Assembly (NCBI GenBank): GCA_964016885.1
Contig: OZ024752.1
Span: 11,160,001-11,224,000, forward strand
Length of the DNA: 64,000 bases
Direction: 5' to 3'
DNA from: Eledone cirrhosa
Taxonomy: Eukaryota
The first letter of the stretch is position 1; each line of letters starts with the position of its first letter. A program made the position numbers and the translations under genes. Positions 56,879 to 64,000 of the stretch are shown in pieces. Below the pieces are notes generated by a model. It was given only the letters and a program-made list of their open reading frames with translations. It was not told the DNA's origin and searched no databases.

Positions 56879-57545
56879 CGTAAAATAAGAAAATTTTTTT
56901 TTTTTAAATTTTTTAAAAAAATTAACTTACTTACTTAAATTTTCACTCCAACTAATTAGTTTCTACAATGGGATAAAGACAGTTACGTAATGAACCGTTG
57001 AGAATTTCATTGCGTCATCAGGGAGAGCAAACCTGCCAAAACCACTTCTAAAAATTTTTTTTGGGGGTGTTAGTAGGCGCTTGTCATCTTACCACCTCAT
57101 TCCTACTGACTAGCCTCTGTGTCACGTGATTGATTCTTTAGAATCGGCCATATGATCAGTGGCAGTGAGAATTTTCAGTAGCTGGAATCCAGTCCTCGAT
57201 AGCTGTTCCATTTACCGAATTATTATTATTTTTATATGAGTCGCCAGTGTCCGCGCATCGCCTGGAGACTCGGCTGAGAATGACCTCCCTGATGACGCAG
57301 TGAAATTCTCAACGGTTCATTACGTAACTGTCTTTATCCCATTGCAGAAACTAATTAGTTGGAGTGAAAATTTAAGTAAGTTAATTTTTTTTTTTTTTTT
57401 TTTTTTAAATTTTCATATTTTACGTCTTTTATATTATTGTTCTGCATTCTCCTGCATCGAACCACCTAGGAACTATGACATAACCTGTGTATTTGCTGGC
57501 ATTGGCGTACATCTGTGCGCTTATGTTAGTAGATATATTAAATTA
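56872..57545. ncRNA. Fold-back element with twin long-stem-II hammerheads and a right tail
   Basis: Plus strand 57285-57364: ctcc CTGATGA c-gcagtg-[37 nt]-cattgc-a GAAA ctaattag TT ggag. The minus-strand mirror lies at 56946-57025. Confidence 0.82.
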
Positions 57546-57789
57546 TCTATATATATATATATATATATATATAGTCTATTCCCCGGCATATGTGGAAAGA
57601 TTGTTCCTACAAACCAGCGGTAAGTGCGTCCCAGGCGTTAGTAGTATATGTGTGTGTGTATGTGTTTGTCTGTGTGAATATATGTATGGGCGTGTGTGGG
57701 TTTATGAATTTATATGTACAATAAGCTCAAAACTCCGGCAAGCCGAAGGCTTGTTAATCCGCAGTAATCCATGTTCCGGGTAATTATTA

Positions 57790-58527
57790 ATACATATGTA
57801 TGCATGTGTGAGTGTATATATATATATATATATATGTATGTATATATAATTTTTTTTGTGTGTAAATATATATATATATGTATGTATATATAATTTTGTG
57901 TGTGTGTGTGTATATATATATATATGTATGTATATATAAATTGTGTGTGTGTGTGTATATATATATATATGTGTATATATAAATTGTGTGTGTGTGTGTA
58001 TATATATATAAATGTATGTATGTATATATAAATTGTGTGTGTGTGTGTGTATATATATATAAATGTATGTATATATAATTTGTGTATATATATATATATA
58101 TAATATATATGTATGTATATATAATTTGTTTCTGTATGTGTATATATATATACATGTATGTATATATAAATTGTGTGTGTGTATATATATATAAATGTAT
58201 GTATGTATATATAAATTGTGTGTGTGTGTATATATATATAAATGTATGTATGTATATATAATTTGTGTATATATATATATATTTGTATGTATATATAATG
58301 TGTGTATATATATATGTATGTATATATCATTTGTGTGTATATATATATGTATGTATATATAATTTGTGTGTGTGTATATATGTTTGTATATATAATTTGT
58401 GTGTGTGCATATATATAATATATATATATGTGTATATATAATTTGTGTATATATATATATATATATAATATATATATGTGTATCTAATTTGCGTGTCTAT
58501 ATATATATAAATGTATATATAATTGTA

Positions 58528-58594
<67 letters not shown>

Positions 58595-58655
58595 ATATAA
58601 GTTGTGCATATATATATATATTTGTGTATGTGTGTGTATATATGTGTGTATATCA
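57790..58655. repeat. Compound minisatellite (tgtatgtatatataa(a)ttgtgtg plus TA)
   Basis: Seen directly. Confidence 0.93.
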
Positions 58656-58756
58656 TATTTCCATACTAGGACAGCAACAACAACTCAGTTATATTCTTAA
58701 AGTGGCTTATATATATATATATATACACAATGTGCATAAATGTGAGTGCATGTGTG

Positions 58757-58805
<49 letters not shown>

Positions 58806-59422
58806 ATACATGTGTGTGTTTCATATTATCCATACTAGGACAACAACAACTGAAATAGTTATATTCTTATAGTAAGTGGCTTATATAGGACCAGACAAAT
58901 CTGAAAGACATGTGATTCTTTACTCACACCTACCATAATTTCTGATTATTATTCAATAGTTATTATTTCCCCATGTGTGATACAATATATTTACTAAATA
59001 TATATCTATATAACATATACACATTTATTCAAACTTTGCCCTAATAGTACTTTAAATATTATTACTAATATCCATTTTTATGGCAATCTGTATTGTATAT
59101 ATATCCCCTTGTGGACAATAGCGAAAGTATTATAAGTATTATAAATATAATCAACATCATCATAGCCATCCTAATGCACATGATTTTTTTCTTTTTAACT
59201 TTGCTTTTTCAAGCTATGTTCGTTAGTGTATAAGTTCTCTAAAAATTCAGTAGACCATGGATACATAAAATATATTTTGATAGCTTGAATGGCACTCAAC
59301 CCACTCTATATGGATATGATTCTAGGTTATATAAGAATAAATTATTACCTGAAGTAAAATGTATTATTTTATCATACTGTTTGCAATTGTTGCCAATATA
59401 TTTACGTTTTTATCTGTCTCTT

Positions 59423-60004
59423 TATTGGCAGTATCAGTAGAGGGTTGGACGCCATGCTTTCTAGCATAATTACGTCCCTTTACGGTTGAGTTCAAATCCC
59501 GTCGAGGTTAAGTTTGCCTTTCATACTTACGGGGGTCGATGAAATAAAGTACCAGTAATGTACTGGGTTATTGCTGGCCTTGTGCCCAAAGTAGAAACAA
59601 TTATTTGATATAGTGCGGAGGATTGGTGGTATGGCAGTATCGGTAGAAGGTCGGACGCCATGCTTTGCAGCATAGTTACGCCCCTTTACGGTCTGATGAC
59701 AAATCCCGCCGAAGTTAACTTTGCCTTTCATCCTTCGAGATCAATAAAATAAAGTACTAGTAATGCACTGAAATAATTGCTGGCCTTGTACCAAAAGTAG
59801 AAGCAATTAATTGGAATAGTGCGGTGGCTTAGCAGTATCGGTAGAACGTCTGATACCCTACTTGCAGCATAGTTATAGCCCTTTACCTTCTAAGTTCAAA
59901 TCTCACCGGGGTTAACTTTGCCTTTCATCCTTACGGGGTCGACAAACTAAAGGATCAGTAATGCACTGGGCTAATTGCTGGCCTTGTGCCAAACTAGAAA
60001 CAAT
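59423..60004 (+). mobile_element. Three head-to-tail SINE family A copies
   Basis: Copies at ~59423-59602, ~59625-59810 and ~59821-60004. Confidence 0.9.
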
Positions 60005-60103
60005 CATTTCGTATTTTTCTTACATTAAATTCTCATATATTTTAAAGATGTTGCTATTTTGAGGTATTTATGTTTAAATAAGTTTTGTTTTCCACTCTCT
60101 TTG

Positions 60104-60142
<39 letters not shown>

Positions 60143-60700
60143 AATGTGTTTGTACATATACCAGAGTATATACTTCTCCCTCTAATAGTGTTAGGATATT
60201 GTCTATGTAAATATATCTTTGTTTCGGATTGTGAAAACTTTCAACGGAATATTCTCATTGTAATTTTATAAGACGTATATTCCATGTGTTTGTAGATTGT
60301 TGTGCTATAATTATCTATAATATTATCAAAGAATCCATTATATGAAGCAATCATCAGTATCATGGATCTCTTTGTCCTTCAAAGTTAACAACGATGTAGC
60401 TGAAGGACCATTGGTATCGATTATCTCCCCTCAACTACCACTCTCCTACTTTTGTATTTCTGTTCTGCTTGTTTATATCTTTTGAATGAAGTATACACAT
60501 CAATTTGTGAATATATAAACTGCATCGTATTTTCTTGGACTAAAGATGGCTTCGAACTATATGTAAGAATATAGTATTCTAGATAACAATTTGTAAAATA
60601 CTCTATCATTTGTCATCACATTGTTTCTTCGATTTGCCATTCGTATTCACCAGCTCTTCAATGTTTTGTCTATGTTGGCTTTTCGTAATTATTTCTTTGT

Positions 60701-60920
60701 TCATTCAGAATTATCCGAATATTTTCTGTTGTTTACAGTAATCCGATGTTTATCCTTTGGACATAAACTTTGCAGTGACCTCTTTAAATGACATAGCTTA
60801 AATTTTGAAGGAGCTATTTCCGTGTAGTTATCATTTCCATAACAAATTGTAAATTTCACAACATAACTATTGTACACACATAGGTTGTCGTTGCTGGTTT
60901 TGTTTTTGTTGCTGTTCAGA
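60701..60920 (-). pseudogene. Possible decayed Penelope GIY-YIG endonuclease fragment
   Basis: [33 protein letters not shown] loosely resembles C..(VVY)...Y.G...FK.R. Key residues are altered. Confidence 0.3.
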
Positions 60921-60964
60921 TAAAGAGATGTGATGACAAAATGCCCATATATATATATATGGGC

Positions 60965-61028
<64 letters not shown>

Positions 61029-61294
61029 ATATACATATTTGTGTGTATATATATATATCTGTGTGTATATATATGTGTATGTATATATATATGTGTGTAT
61101 GTATGTTTATATGTGTATGTATATATATATGTGTGTGTGCATGTATATATATATGTATGTATATATATATGTGTGTGCATGTATATATATATGTATATAT
61201 ATGTGTATGTATGTATATATATGTGTGTGTGTATGTTTGTATATATATCTATATGTGTATGTATGTATATATGTGTGTATGTATATATATTTAT

Positions 61295-61900
61295 GTCAGG
61301 TCACCAGTTGGTGCTACTGGTAACATGTATCCCAGTACAACCTGTCTCATGGTCGGGTCGTTGGCGACTAAACTGGCAACCCCACCAAGGTTTCTTGGTG
61401 AGGAGGGTGACTTTGGACATCCTGCAGGACTAAAAACAAAACCTGTCAAAGGGCAAGGGAGCTCTTAAGAGTCAATAGCCATCCAAAATCACCGGGAGAG
61501 ATGACCCCTTAGCCTTTGTCAAGGCAGAATTCTAGGAGAAGGAAAACTCTGATATAACACCTGCAATCCTGATGGTATCCAATGATGTTGACCTGTTCTT
61601 CTTTTTGGTAAATATCATCTTGGTTAAGAGAGTGGGACTGGCTTTGTGCAGTGCCTTTGCTCACTATAAAAGCTTCACAGCACAGGCATTGCTTTATATC
61701 TGGAGATCTCTCTGCACTTGTCATCACATGGTACCATGGGCCCTGCACTATGTGTCAATAATGGTCACAAGTGTAGTCTTTGTACCAGAGGTTTCAAGTC
61801 GCTGGCTGGACTAAAGTCACATTCGTTCAGCGCATCGGTAGGGGTTCTCCTACATGGATATAAAGTAGTGGCCGTACTCGAAAACGAGTTGGCAGCCACC
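61295..61900 (+). mobile_element. RTE-derived non-autonomous retroelement
   Basis: Colinear with 40715-41322; encodes [17 protein letters not shown]. Confidence 0.9.
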
Positions 61901-63120
61901 ATGTATATATATATATGTGTGTGTATGTATATATATATATGTGTGTGTGTGTATATATGTATATATATATGTGTGTATGTATATATATATGTATATATAT
62001 ATATATATATGTGTGTATGTATATATATATGTGTATGTATGTATATATATATATGTATGTATATATATGTGTGTATGTATGTATGTATGTATGTGTATGT
62101 ATGTATGTATGTATGTATATATATGTGTGTATGTATGTATATATATGTGTATGTATATATATATGTGTATATGTGTATATATATATGTGTATGTATGTAT
62201 ATATATATGTGTGTATGTATATATATATGTGTGTATGTATGTATATATATATGTATGTATGTATATATATATATATATATATGTGTGTATGTATGTATAT
62301 ATATATGTGTGTGTATGTATGTATATATATATGTGTGTGTATGTATGTATATATATATATGTGTGTATGTAAGTATGTATATATATATGTGTGTATGTAT
62401 GTATATATATATATATATGTGTATGTATATATATGTGTATGTATGTATGTATGTATATATATATATGTGTATGTATGTATGTATATATATATGTGTATGT
62501 ATGTATATATATATATGTGTATGTATGTATGTATATATATATATGTGTATGTATGTATATATATATGTGTATGTATGTATGTATATATATATATGTGTAT
62601 GTATGTATGTATATGTGTATGTATGTATGTATATGTGTATGTATGTATGTATATGTGTATGTATGTATGTATGTATATATGTGTATGTATGTATGTATAT
62701 ATATATATGTTTGTATGTATATATATATATGTATGTATGTATATATATATATGTATGTATGTATGTATATATATATATGTATGTATATATATATATGTAT
62801 GTATATATATATATGTATGTATGTATATATATATATGTATATATATATATGTATGTATGTATGTATATATATATGTATGTATATATATATATGTATGTAT
62901 ATATATATATGTATGTATGTATGTATATATATATGTATGTATATATATATATGTATGTATATATATATGTATGTATATATATGTGTATGTATGTGTATGT
63001 ATATATATGTGTATGTATGTATATATGTGTATGTATGTGTATGTATATATATGTGTATGTATGTATATATATATATGTGTGTGTGTGTATGTATATCTAT
63101 GTGTGTATGTATGTATATAT
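61901..63120. repeat. (TATG)/(TA)/(TG) compound array between two tandem elements
   Basis: Seen directly; similar arrays occur at 60947-61294 and 63693-64000. Confidence 0.96.
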
Positions 63121-63692
63121 CCCAGTACAACCTGTCTCATGGTCGGGTCATTGGCGACTAAACTGGCAACCCCACCAAGGTTTCTTGGTGAGGAGGGTGA
63201 CTTTGGACATCCTGCAGGACTAAAAACAAAACCTGTCAAAGGATAAAGGAGCTCGTAAGAATCAATGGCCATCCAAAATCACCGGGAGAGATGACCCCTT
63301 AGCCTTTGTCAAGGCAGAATTCTAGGAGAAGGAAAACTCTGATATAACACCTGCAACCCTGATCGTATCCAATGATGTTGACTTGTTCTTCTTTTTGGTA
63401 AATACCATCTTGGTTAAGAGAGGGGGACTGGCTTTGTGCAGTGCCTTTGCTCACTATAAAAGCTTCACGGCATAGGCATTGCTTTATATCTGGAGATCTC
63501 TCTGCACTTGTCGTCAAATGGTACCATGGGCCCAGCACTATGTGTCAATAATTGTCACAGCTGTAGTGTTTGTACCAGAGTTTTCAAGTCGCTGGCTGGA
63601 CTAAAAGGTCACACTCGTTCAGCACATTGGTAGGGGTTCTCCTACATGGATATAAAGTAGTGGCCGTACTTGAAAACGAGTTGGCAGCCACC
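63119..63692 (+). mobile_element. RTE-derived non-autonomous retroelement, 5'-truncated by ~34 nt
   Basis: Starts at atcccagtacaacc and encodes the complete finger [22 protein letters not shown]. Confidence 0.9.
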
Positions 63693-64000
63693 ATGTATAT
63701 ATATATATATGTGTGTATGTATGTATATATGTGTGTATGTATATATATATATGTGTATATATATATATATATGTGTATATATATATATATATGTGTATAT
63801 ATATATATATGTGTGTATATATATATATATGTGTGTATGTATGTATATATATATGTGTGTATGTATATATATGTGTGTGTATGTATATATATGTGTGTAT
63901 GTATATATATATGTGTGTATGTATGTATATATATGTGTGTATGTATGTATATATATATATGTGTATGTATGTATATATATATGTGTGTATGTATGTATAT

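Overview
This is AT-rich eukaryotic DNA made almost entirely of repeats. I could not identify any host-gene exon, and nearly all long ORFs in the track are translations of (TA)n/(TATG)n microsatellite. The SINE families and very large TA arrays suggest a cephalopod (Octopus-like) genome, which is an inference. Identified elements are: one uninterrupted 1032-codon CR1-group LINE ORF2 (APE endonuclease plus RT); decayed RTE, L1/Tx1, Helitron and mariner fragments; hAT and Tc1 MITEs; more than 20 tRNA-derived SINE copies; and five copies of a ~605-bp RTE-derived non-autonomous element. The main unannotated signal is a dense set of type I hammerhead ribozyme motifs (CUGANGA-stem II-GAAA-palindromic stem III-UH, usually followed by AATAAA). 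They belong to several sequence families and sit in or beside TA arrays. Many are head-to-head fold-back hairpins with a hammerhead on each strand and a one-sided tail, resembling Penelope-like pLTRs or retrozymes. The LINE shows the same head-to-head logic, with its 5' end capped by an inverted copy of its own 3' tail. All ribozyme calls come from manual folding and have not been tested.
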